This document shows, piece after piece, positions 31,987 to 40,966 of a stretch of 64,000 nucleotides of DNA. The notes under the pieces are model-generated. The model saw only the letters and a program-made list of their open reading frames with translations. It was not told the origin of the DNA and made no database searches. A program made the translations under genes and the position numbers. Within the stretch, counting starts at the first letter, position 1, and each line of letters begins with the position of its first letter. The DNA is from a bacterium (GTDB lineage: Bacteria; Patescibacteriota; Patescibacteriia; UBA9570), in the NCBI GenBank assembly GCA_030698395.1, contig JAUYKW010000001.1, forward strand, positions 29,735 to 93,734, written 5' to 3'.

Positions 31987-32211
31987 TTATTTCTTAGTTT
32001 CTGAAATAGTAGTAGAAATCTCCTTCAACATATCCTCAATTACATCATCTTCAATACCATGTAATTCTGCAATCATCTCAAAAGTATCAAAAACTTGACC
32101 CGGACAAAACACACAAGCCACCTCTTCACCTAAATGCTTCAACATAATATCCTGTACTTCTGGATAGTCCAGCAATACTTCGCCTATTAACGATTCTTTA
32201 GTAATTTCCAT
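31987..32211 (-). CDS. DUF1858 domain protein
   Basis: ITKESLIGEVL..YPE, CVFC, ..HGI pattern. Confidence 0.85.
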   Translation of the reverse strand: MEITKESLIGEVLLDYPEVQDIMLKHLGEEVACVFCPGQVFDTFEMIAELHGIEDDVIEDMLKEISTTISETKK

Positions 32212-32298
32212 ATGCAGAATGGTACTTCAAGCCGTAACAATTGTCCAGTATACTCGTATTATTTATTTATCAGCAGTTTACATGTATGATAACTCTCT

Positions 32299-33645
32299 AT
32301 GATAGAACTATCACTGATTAAAGACATAATAAAATTACGCAAACGGGCTAACTATACGAGGCAGCAGATTCTTCAAATTCAAGAAGAATCATTTCGAGAA
32401 CTTATAACCCATGCCTGGAATTACTCCAAATTTTATAAGGAATTATATTCGTCACACGGAATTAAAAAGCAAGATTTAAAAGAGGTTGCCATTACCGATT
32501 TACCACTAATTTCAAAAGAGCTTTTAATGGATAATTTTGATGATGTTGTCACAGATACTCGATTAAAAAAAAGTGAACTCGAAAAATGGATTGAAACGCA
32601 TAATGATCCCACTGAAAGATACTTAAATGAATTTGTAATACTGCATACTTCAGGAACATCCGGAGCCATTGGTATATTTGTTTACGATACATTAGCTTGG
32701 AGCATACTAAAAGCATCTATTGTCACCAGAATATCATCTCCTAGTTATAACCCGCTAAAAAAAACACGCGTTGCTTACTTTGCAGCAACTAATGGTAGAT
32801 TTGCTGGCGTGACCTTAGCAAGCTCTGCTCCACCTTTATTTTATAAATTTTTACCACTTTCAATATTAGATCCTCTTACTGTTAGTTGCAAACTACTTAA
32901 TGATTTTCAACCGCAACAATTATCTGGATACGCAAGTACAGTTGCTAGTCTAGCAAACTGTCAACAAAAAGGTAGCTTAAAAATATCGCCTCAACGCATC
33001 ATGGTAAGTGGTGATGTTCTAACTGATAATTTACGCGACCAAATTTCCCGTAGCTGGAACGCACCTATTATTAATCTTTATGCAGCCTCCGAATCCATTG
33101 GCATTACAGCTCAACTACCAAATCACAAAGACATGACTGTTTTTGATGATTTGCATAATGTCGAAGTTTTAGATGATCAAAACAATACGGTTTCTGCAGG
33201 TAACAGTGGCCGAATTATATTAACGAATCTTTATAATAAAACCTTACCCATAATTCGATATGAGATGAGAGATGTTGCAACTAGAGCTACAACCTTATCT
33301 AGCAATGAACAATTCTCAACTCTTAAAAGCATTCATGGTAGACAAAACGATAATTTACCAATCACTCTCAATAATAATGAGTTAGATAATATTCATCCAA
33401 TTATATTAAGCGAATTCTTTGTGCCAGGTTTAGAAAAAATTCAATTTATTAGTAAGGATAACACATCTATATTAATTTATTACCAAGCGAAAAAAAATCT
33501 AGATAAACTAATTCTACAGAACTTTCAAGACATTTTAAAACAGAAAAGGGCTTCAAATTCTATGGAAGTACAAGTTGAAAAAGTAGAATTAATTCCAAAT
33601 GAGGCTAAAACTGGCAAGCTCAAACTTGTTAAGCTATCAATATAA
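32299..33645 (+). CDS. Phenylacetate-CoA ligase/CapK-like adenylate-forming enzyme
   Basis: HTSGTSG, YAASE, LTNLYNKTLPIIRYEMRD, GRQND. Confidence 0.85.
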   Translation: MIELSLIKDIIKLRKRANYTRQQILQIQEESFRELITHAWNYSKFYKELYSSHGIKKQDLKEVAITDLPLISKELLMDNFDDVVTDTRLKKSELEKWIETHNDPTERYLNEFVILHTSGTSGAIGIFVYDTLAWSILKASIVTRISSPSYNPLKKTRVAYFAATNGRFAGVTLASSAPPLFYKFLPLSILDPLTVSCKLLNDFQPQQLSGYASTVASLANCQQKGSLKISPQRIMVSGDVLTDNLRDQISRSWNAPIINLYAASESIGITAQLPNHKDMTVFDDLHNVEVLDDQNNTVSAGNSGRIILTNLYNKTLPIIRYEMRDVATRATTLSSNEQFSTLKSIHGRQNDNLPITLNNNELDNIHPIILSEFFVPGLEKIQFISKDNTSILIYYQAKKNLDKLILQNFQDILKQKRASNSMEVQVEKVELIPNEAKTGKLKLVKLSI

Positions 33646-33647
33646 AA

Positions 33648-34235
33648 TTAAATAAATTTACTAACAGCTTCTTTTGACGACACTGTTTTTGTTTGATGAA
33701 CAAAAACTGGAAGATATTTCCAAGCAGTTAAAAATACTAATGATACACTAGGAACAATTACCATATTTCCAAGTAACTGATTTCGTAAAAACGGTACTGC
33801 CATCACATAAGATTCAATCAAACCAACAAACGTATGTGGATACATGCCACTAAGATGCCAGACACCAAAGTTAGTTAAGATATAAAAGAATAATGTTCCG
33901 GCAATTCCAAAACCTGTGAACTTTAAAGTATCTGCCCACACCGCAACTTTATGCTTCCGTTGTTTCGCCAAAGTACTAACAATTCCGATAATTGCCCATG
34001 CAGTCCAGGTATAGATTAATATTTCTGAATTACCAATTAATATATCAGAACCAATTACAGAAAATAGAGCAACGCTAAATCCTAAATAGGGCCCTAACAT
34101 GGCACCGGAAATGATGGCAACTACCATTAAGGTTTCAATATTCGGATAATTGAGTAGTAACATTCGTCCACCAATGCCAAAAGTAATTAAACCAACTGCA
34201 ATGAGGATATTCTTTTTTATAAAATATTTATTCAT
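33648..34235 (-). CDS. ECF S-component-like transporter (DUF6580-like)
   Basis: PNIET, SD..IG, FFYILTNFGVW...YPHT..GL...Y...PF; six TM helices; ATG at 34235. Confidence 0.7.
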   Translation of the reverse strand: MNKYFIKKNILIAVGLITFGIGGRMLLLNYPNIETLMVVAIISGAMLGPYLGFSVALFSVIGSDILIGNSEILIYTWTAWAIIGIVSTLAKQRKHKVAVWADTLKFTGFGIAGTLFFYILTNFGVWHLSGMYPHTFVGLIESYVMAVPFLRNQLLGNMVIVPSVSLVFLTAWKYLPVFVHQTKTVSSKEAVSKFI

Positions 34236-34295
34236 AAAGGCATTATAGATCAAAATATGAAGACGCGCTATTGTAAGGGACAGACGAGACAAACT

Positions 34296-34321
34296 CCCCT
34301 CTCCTAAGTTGAGGAGAGGGG
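34296..34321. repeat. GC-rich palindrome (REP-like)
   Basis: cccctctcct/aggagagggg. Confidence 0.6.
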
Positions 34322-34337
34322 CAGGGTGAGAGGTGTA

Positions 34338-36677
34338 TTATGTACATTTGGAATAACCGCAACCAAAGCATGTCATGCAACCTTCTGCTAATGCCATAAC
34401 AGTATTACACTCTGGACATTCAGGAGAGATTCCTAAATTTGCTATTGAGGCCATTGATGTTTTAGAAGCTGTCATTTCGGCATGATGACCTTCATCATCA
34501 TCTACTAATACCTTTGTTACTTCTTGTTTTATTAAAACTTTATCTTTTAGCTGTGGTTCTTCTGATTCCGTTGTAATTGGATTTGTGCCATCCAAATATC
34601 CTATGTGTTCTGCTAGAGTTTGGCCAATTGCATCTGGGATAGATAAAATCATACCTTTCTTTCCGAATGATGGCATTGGTCCACGAATTCCACGAATCTG
34701 CTCAATTACATCTCCTACTGGAATACCAGCTCGAAGTGATAATGATACTAATCTGCAAATTGCTTCTGATTCTTCTGCAAATACACCACCAGCTTTACCA
34801 ATAGTTGCGAATACTTCAAATGGTTGGTTCTCATCATCATGATTAACTGTAATAAACATAGTACCGTATCCAGTTTTAACTTTATAAGTTACACCTTCTA
34901 CTCGTTCGGGTCGCATTCTTGGAGAAGCAACGTCCCGAGATTTAATGCTGTATGTATCCAATTCCTGTTCTTGAGTTACAGTTTCAGTTTTTTCTTTATC
35001 ATCTTCATCTAAAGAACTTAATACAGATACATCTCGTGAGCCATCCCGATAATAAGTAACACCTTTACAACCCAAATCGTATGCTTTGATATATAATTCC
35101 CGCACTTGTTCTGCTGTATGATCATTCGGTGCATTCACTGTTTTACTAATGCTAGAATCCACGTACTGTTGCACCATAGCTTGCATGGTTACATGTTCGT
35201 CTGGTGTTAGCTCTTTTGCATTCACGAAATAATTTGGCATTTCTTCATCTGGATGATCTTTCTTCCATTGCTTGTACAAAGGATGATAAACCTCGTGCTC
35301 ACCTAAACGATCTTTACGTTTAAATGCAAAATCATAAACTGGTTCAACTCCAGAGCTCACGCCAGCTAAAATACTAGTTGTTCCGGTTGGTGCTTGAGTT
35401 AATAATAAGCCATTACGAATACCATATTCAGAAATCATATCTTGAATAAGTTGTGGTAGACGTTTAATGAATTTACCTTGTAGATATTTATCTTTATCAA
35501 ATTTCTTGAAAGATCCTTTTTCTCGCGCAATTTCTGTACTAGCTATATATGCTTGATCTCTAATTGTGCGATAAATATTTTCCGCAACTTCTAAACCTTC
35601 TGTATCTCCATAACGAACACCCATTTTAATTAAAGTGTCTGCTAATCCCATCGTTCCTAAACCAGTACGCCGAATGTTTTCCTGTGCTTCTTCATTTTGA
35701 GGAAAGAAATACTCGGTGGTATCAATTACATTATCTAAAAATCTAACTGCCAACTTAACAGTTTCACCCAAGCGCTCATAATCAAATCTCTTATCTTCGG
35801 TAACAAAGTTAGCGATATTGATAGATCCTAAATTACAAACATTCCATGCGCCGAGACCTTGTTCGCCACAAGGGTTAGTTGCGATAATTTCTTCAAAGTA
35901 CCAAGAGTTAGATTCTTTATTATATCGTTCCTTAAACATCATTCCAGGCTCTCCAGACGCCCAAGCAGAATCACAAATTGTATTCCATAATTCTTTAGCT
36001 TTGATAGTTTTAACTACTTTACCTTCCCATTTCAAATCCCAATCACTATCACTCTTCACAGCTTCCATGAAACCATCAGAAATACATAATGAAAGATTCG
36101 CATTGGTAATCTGCCCCATGGTTCGTTTTACCGTAATGAATTCTTCAATATCTGGATGATCATCATCAAGCATTAACATTAAAGCTCCACGACGTGATCC
36201 GCCTTGGATAATTAAACCAGTAACAAAAGAATACAAAGCTCCGAATGATACAGCTCCAGAAGCTGTGCCATTTACACCTTGAACATATGTACCACGTGGT
36301 CTAATTGAAGATAGATTTACACCAACACCACCACCACGACTCATAATTTCCATCATGGTCTTTACACTTTCCATGATTCCAGAACGACTATCCTCTGGGG
36401 ATGGAATTACAAAACAGTTATAAAAAGTTAAAGGTACTCCAGAACCAGCTCCAGCTAGTATTCGACCGCCTGGTACAAAATCAAATCCTTCTAATAGATA
36501 GTAAAATTTTTCTGCCCATTCTTTCTGCGCATCTTCAGTTTTTTCTGCTCCAGCAATAGCTTTCGCTACCCGCCGCCACATCTCTTCTGGTGTTTTTTCG
36601 ATTTGATTACCGTTTTCGTCCTTTAACGCATATCGGTCGTCAAAGACTGTTTGGGATAAACCCTCCAACTTGTACAT
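34338..36677 (-). CDS. nrdJ: Adenosylcobalamin-dependent (class II) ribonucleotide reductase with C-terminal TSCPD/Zn-ribbon
   Basis: RRGALM, ATNPCGEQ, CNLGSIN, APTGTTS, KGVTYYRDGSR, EGCMTCFGCGYSKC. Confidence 0.93.
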   Translation of the reverse strand: MYKLEGLSQTVFDDRYALKDENGNQIEKTPEEMWRRVAKAIAGAEKTEDAQKEWAEKFYYLLEGFDFVPGGRILAGAGSGVPLTFYNCFVIPSPEDSRSGIMESVKTMMEIMSRGGGVGVNLSSIRPRGTYVQGVNGTASGAVSFGALYSFVTGLIIQGGSRRGALMLMLDDDHPDIEEFITVKRTMGQITNANLSLCISDGFMEAVKSDSDWDLKWEGKVVKTIKAKELWNTICDSAWASGEPGMMFKERYNKESNSWYFEEIIATNPCGEQGLGAWNVCNLGSINIANFVTEDKRFDYERLGETVKLAVRFLDNVIDTTEYFFPQNEEAQENIRRTGLGTMGLADTLIKMGVRYGDTEGLEVAENIYRTIRDQAYIASTEIAREKGSFKKFDKDKYLQGKFIKRLPQLIQDMISEYGIRNGLLLTQAPTGTTSILAGVSSGVEPVYDFAFKRKDRLGEHEVYHPLYKQWKKDHPDEEMPNYFVNAKELTPDEHVTMQAMVQQYVDSSISKTVNAPNDHTAEQVRELYIKAYDLGCKGVTYYRDGSRDVSVLSSLDEDDKEKTETVTQEQELDTYSIKSRDVASPRMRPERVEGVTYKVKTGYGTMFITVNHDDENQPFEVFATIGKAGGVFAEESEAICRLVSLSLRAGIPVGDVIEQIRGIRGPMPSFGKKGMILSIPDAIGQTLAEHIGYLDGTNPITTESEEPQLKDKVLIKQEVTKVLVDDDEGHHAEMTASKTSMASIANLGISPECPECNTVMALAEGCMTCFGCGYSKCT

Positions 36678-36713
36678 ATTGTATGTTCTTAAATTTGTCT
36701 TATATTAGCTAAA

Positions 36714-36762
36714 TTACTACATATAGTAGTGGTATATCTCAATATACCACAACATGTAGTGT
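36714..36762. promoter_or_regulatory. Tandem NrdR boxes
   Basis: ttactacatatagtag (36714-29) and ccacaacatgtagtgt (36747-62) match acaCwAyATrTwGtgt, 33 bp apart, upstream of nrdJ; nrdR is in the window. Confidence 0.8.
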
Positions 36763-36789
36763 TTTCATATGCATAAAGTGTGATGATTC

Positions 36790-36798
36790 TGTGGATAA
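36790..36798 (-). promoter_or_regulatory. DnaA box upstream of nrdJ
   Basis: tgtggataa = TTATCCACA on the minus strand. Confidence 0.5.
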
Positions 36799-37024
36799 GT
36801 ATTCCCCTTTTTTACCAGAGATGCCAAGATTAAAACCTCGGCCCTCACCATACTACAATAAAGCTAAATCAATAAGAATAAAGATATTATTATCCAGGTA
36901 TTTTTTGTTTAAAAACTTCTAAAAAAATCACTTAAGAACATTCTAGAAAAAAATTTTAATTCTATTTTTTGTATACAACGCTTCATGCCAATAATTGACA
37001 CCAACCTTTTTTATTGATAATATC

Positions 37025-37350
37025 TTCTCCTACGCTTTTTACATCGGTTTTCGCTTTGGTAAGTGACCTCGCTAAGTACCCGACCTAGTTCGACTAAAGG
37101 TGTTCCTCCATAGTGCTAGTCCAACCAGGGTCGCGCTCGAGGTGACGTCACGAACCAATACATGTGGCGTGCCCTGCAGTCTTCTCAAAAACCTTCTGCC
37201 CTCGTCAGGCAGATCAAGGTTAAGCTCACCCCGTCGGTAGGAGCGCGAGTCGACTGCGGGCACGCTACATCTATAACTGATAAGCGTCTAGGGGGAATCG
37301 AATAGCGTGTGCGTTGTAGGACCATCTCATCCCAACCACACGCTTCTTTT
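37025..37350 (+). ncRNA. Unassigned GC-rich structured RNA (~300 nt)
   Basis: ttgaca-17-(TGn)taatat promoter at 36995-37023; nested stems; terminal hairpin plus tctttt; no credible ORF. Confidence 0.6.
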
Positions 37351-37362
37351 CATTCTAGTTAA

Positions 37363-38238
37363 CTATAATTTCTCTGGTGGATCATTGCCCATAAGCACCA
37401 TCCAGCTTAAACGGAACAACGTTCGTGGTCTTATCTGCGCTATCGCCTCCCACGACATGTCGGGCATGTCATCCACAAAAGCCTTGGCTAAATGATAGCC
37501 CAAAATGTGAAGAGTATTTTCTGGATATGCCCCATATCCTGCATTAAGCTCAGTAACCATTTTTTTATTATTTTTAAAATGCAATATATGCTGAATCTCC
37601 TTTAAAAGTTTTTTTGCACGACTGGAACTCATTTGCTCATACTTTTTTTCTTTATACCCAACAACTTTTTCACTAAAATATGCTGCCATTCCTTCATCTA
37701 TCATTACCTCAGCTACAACCGGATTAAAAAAATCTTTAGTGCGAAAATTTCCTTGGTAAGCTACATGAAAATATTCATGTGCCACAACATCCTCAAGATC
37801 CCTTTTCCAAGGTTTAGTTGTATTAATGAATAATTCTAAAGTATTACTCACAAGTACTGAGCCGGTTACTGGTTTTTTCTTTTCAAATCGTGGATATACC
37901 ACAATAACTGTTTTTCGTGTGGGAATTTCGAATTTACATTTGATGAACGTCTTTTTTATCTGTTTAGCGATCTCATTTTTATCCATTAACCGTCGTCGTG
38001 TTGTCGCCTTTTCATTGGAAAAGATATACTTATACAAATTTAATATTGCACCTGAGTGCTCAAGTACTAACTTACGACGAGGAAGAGAATTAGGTGCTTT
38101 GGATAATAAGTCATAAAGCCACTTCAGTCGTAATTCTGGATTATAGGCTGGAGCTGGATATATACAATCAGTAACGTAATATACGTCTGCAAGTTCTACT
38201 CCCTTGATCTGTATTATCTTTGACTTATCTCGTTTCAT
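37363..38238 (-). CDS. DUF2268-type putative Zn-dependent protease
   Basis: AHEYFH and DEGMA motifs; GYHL near the C-terminus. Confidence 0.8.
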   Translation of the reverse strand: MKRDKSKIIQIKGVELADVYYVTDCIYPAPAYNPELRLKWLYDLLSKAPNSLPRRKLVLEHSGAILNLYKYIFSNEKATTRRRLMDKNEIAKQIKKTFIKCKFEIPTRKTVIVVYPRFEKKKPVTGSVLVSNTLELFINTTKPWKRDLEDVVAHEYFHVAYQGNFRTKDFFNPVVAEVMIDEGMAAYFSEKVVGYKEKKYEQMSSSRAKKLLKEIQHILHFKNNKKMVTELNAGYGAYPENTLHILGYHLAKAFVDDMPDMSWEAIAQIRPRTLFRLSWMVLMGNDPPEKL

Positions 38239-38349
38239 ATCTACACATTACAACAATCAACCATAAAAAACAAAATTACGCTTCTCAAATATATAAACAA
38301 TAGTTCCAGTATAATACACTGGTTTTTTCGTTTGGATGATTAAATTGAA

Positions 38350-38372
38350 GACCCCGGCTTTAGCCGGTGGTC
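38350..38372. repeat. IS200/IS605- or REP-like hairpin
   Basis: gaccccggctttagccggtggtc imperfect palindrome. Confidence 0.5.
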
Positions 38373-38389
38373 GGATGTTATTAGTTTAA

Positions 38390-39157
38390 TCACAACCCAA
38401 GATTAGTTAATATCGGAAATTGATACTTCTTCCAATTCTCCAATGCTTGTTTTTGATCCACTTCACATTCTTCAGTTTCAATTAACATATATCCTCCATC
38501 GGGATGCTTATATGGAGTAACACTGTACACACATCCATCGTCATTTCCTTTTGTTACCACCACAGTCTCCGATAAAGTATTATTGTACACTTCATACACT
38601 ACGTCTTCCGGTGCATATATATAGTCTGTGAAAGGAAGAGCACTATAAACCATCGTTAAACTAGAATTACTATTTATTTTGCACGTCGCTTGAGACATAG
38701 TAGTAACCGGTTCACTAATACATGGTAATCCGTAAATTTCTGTACCCAGTTTCACCTCATAGATTTCTGTGTTCATGCGATAATCCCAAACTAACTCAAC
38801 ATCCGACAACATGTTCCTCACCTCTTGATAGTTATCATTTAAAATAAATGGATAAAGTACTAAAAATGGTAGCATGACAAAAAAAGCAATTGACTTAAAT
38901 GCCATCTTGCCTTTCTTCTTTGAATAGAGCCAGATACCAAATAAAATAATAACTGATGTAATAGATAGTGGCCAAAAATATAATACAGCAGACATGCCAG
39001 TTAAAAACATGCGTGGCATCACCGAAATTACGTCACCCAAATCATGATAAATTATTTCTCCATAATCAACCCTTAACCAAATAACTGCGCCATAAAAAAA
39101 TACCAACAAAACAATTAATAGCACTGCTAAAATAAAATCAACTTTGGTACGAGTCAT
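38390..39157 (-). CDS. Hypothetical membrane protein
   Basis: Three N-terminal TM helices and a Cys-containing soluble domain. Confidence 0.65.
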   Translation of the reverse strand: MTRTKVDFILAVLLIVLLVFFYGAVIWLRVDYGEIIYHDLGDVISVMPRMFLTGMSAVLYFWPLSITSVIILFGIWLYSKKKGKMAFKSIAFFVMLPFLVLYPFILNDNYQEVRNMLSDVELVWDYRMNTEIYEVKLGTEIYGLPCISEPVTTMSQATCKINSNSSLTMVYSALPFTDYIYAPEDVVYEVYNNTLSETVVVTKGNDDGCVYSVTPYKHPDGGYMLIETEECEVDQKQALENWKKYQFPILTNLGL

Positions 39158-39981
39158 AGAAAAAAGAAAATTCCAAAAATATAAGGTAGTAATGCAATAA
39201 CTGCCATAACAGGATGACCTCGACGAGAAGAATTTCTACTATCCCAGTTAAACAAATACACTGCCATAATAAAAGACAATATCCCACCAGCAAACATAAT
39301 TAGTAGAGACCAAACAGAATTAAAATCTCCCGGCAAATTCATGCCCAAGTCCCGAAATGCGTACATTGCGTATGTAGCTGGAAATAATCTCGTAAAAGGT
39401 TGTATAACTTCTGGCATCAAACTATAAGATATCATCATGCCACTCAACAATATAGATGGTAAATAAATTAACTGCGCCCATAAAACTGTAATCCGAGAAC
39501 TAGAAGAAATCACGCCTATTAATACAGATAATCCCGCATAGGAAATAGCCGTAGCTAAAAATACCAAAATAAATAACGGCCAATTTGCAATTGCTGGAGC
39601 ATCAAATAACACCGGAGCAGTTAATGCAATTATTAAAGATACAACTGTCATGTGTAACATTGTGGTGAGAGTAGGAATGGCTAAAATAGAAAGCGCTGGA
39701 ATTCCATTAATTTTATAACTGCGAAAAACTCCCTTTTCCCGATCAGTCACTAACGGATCTGGCACACCAAGTAAAGTTGCAGACAAAATTGCAAATAATA
39801 CCATTGCCGGAATCATAGTTTCTAAAAATAAAAGATTTATCTCTGCCATGATGAATCCCATCAAGCCATAAAAACCCAAGGGCAACAAATAATTCATCAT
39901 CAACAAAGTTTTGTTCCGCATACCTGTGCGAAAGTGAAAAGAAAAATGAGTAGCAAATGCGCGAAAATTCATAGCAATCAA
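39154..39981 (-). CDS. ABC-2 type exporter permease
   Basis: Six TM helices, DREKGVFRSY motif, downstream of the ATPase gene. Confidence 0.88.
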   Translation of the reverse strand: MIAMNFRAFATHFSFHFRTGMRNKTLLMMNYLLPLGFYGLMGFIMAEINLLFLETMIPAMVLFAILSATLLGVPDPLVTDREKGVFRSYKINGIPALSILAIPTLTTMLHMTVVSLIIALTAPVLFDAPAIANWPLFILVFLATAISYAGLSVLIGVISSSSRITVLWAQLIYLPSILLSGMMISYSLMPEVIQPFTRLFPATYAMYAFRDLGMNLPGDFNSVWSLLIMFAGGILSFIMAVYLFNWDSRNSSRRGHPVMAVIALLPYIFGIFFFL

Positions 39982-40889
39982 TTTGATGTTATTTCTAAAA
40001 ATCTATCCTCAAGCGATGGACGTTCTACTCGTAAATCAATCAAATCATCATTATTGCTCTGTAACATATTAATTATGGCAGATACTGTTTGCCCAATATC
40101 AGATGAAAAGAAAATATAATAATTATCTTTTTCATGCCAACTTTCAACTCCAGGAATATCCTTACCTACCTTGCTCAAACTATTTTGTTTGCTCTGCACT
40201 GATACTTTTATAAAATCACTTCCGCTAGCTGTAAGTTCCATCGGTGTACCAATAGTTTCTATTTTTCCGCGTAATAATATTGCCACCCGATCTGCCATCT
40301 CTTCTGCTTCTGCCATATCATGAGTAGCTAAAATTATTGTGGTTCCATTATTTCGTAATTCCCGCATCATATCGTGTAACTCCACCCGCGAAGCAACATC
40401 GAGCCCAGCAGTTGGTTCATCCAAAAATAAAACTTCCGGTTTATGAGCAACCGCTAATGCTAAAGCCAATCGTCTTTGCTGACCCGTAGACAATTGTTGA
40501 TATTGCACCGCTAATTTTTCTTTCAGTCCTAACCGTTCTAACAAATCGTAACGTGGAGATACATTATGATATGCACTAAAAAAATCCATCGCTTCATCTA
40601 CACGAATACTATCGGGCAAACCAGAAGTTTGCAATTGTACACCTATTACATTTTGTAATTTATGAGTCTGAGTAGTTGGATCTAAATCTAAAATCTGCAA
40701 CGTTCCTGAATCTGGAGTACGTAAACCTTCCAAGCTTTCTAAGATAGTAGTTTTGCCGGCTCCATTCGGCCCCAGCAAACCAAAAATCTCACCACGCTGC
40801 ACATTAAAGCTAGCATCATCAACTGCCACAAATTCCCCGTAACGTTTGGAAAAATTAGATACTGAAATAACTGAATCTTTCATTAACAT
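39978..40889 (-). CDS. ABC exporter ATP-binding protein
   Basis: GPNGAGKT, LSTGQQRR, LFLDEPTAGLD. Confidence 0.93.
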   Translation of the reverse strand: MLMKDSVISVSNFSKRYGEFVAVDDASFNVQRGEIFGLLGPNGAGKTTILESLEGLRTPDSGTLQILDLDPTTQTHKLQNVIGVQLQTSGLPDSIRVDEAMDFFSAYHNVSPRYDLLERLGLKEKLAVQYQQLSTGQQRRLALALAVAHKPEVLFLDEPTAGLDVASRVELHDMMRELRNNGTTIILATHDMAEAEEMADRVAILLRGKIETIGTPMELTASGSDFIKVSVQSKQNSLSKVGKDIPGVESWHEKDNYYIFFSSDIGQTVSAIINMLQSNNDDLIDLRVERPSLEDRFLEITSN

Positions 40890-40966
40890 ATTATATCACA
40901 TGTATTATCAGGAAAATCCAACGAAAAAAATAACATTGACGCAGAGGCTTAAATCTGGGATACTAA

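Noticed and set aside
37088-37126. GACTAAAGG...TAGTCCAACC resembling group I intron P7 (R and S elements)
   Set aside because: No room for the P4-P6 domain, no host gene and no clear P8; left as part of the unassigned ncRNA
37072-37495. Short ORFs 37072-37263 (-) and 37307-37495 (+)
   Set aside because: They cross the structured RNA, its terminator or the convergent protease gene, with no coding features
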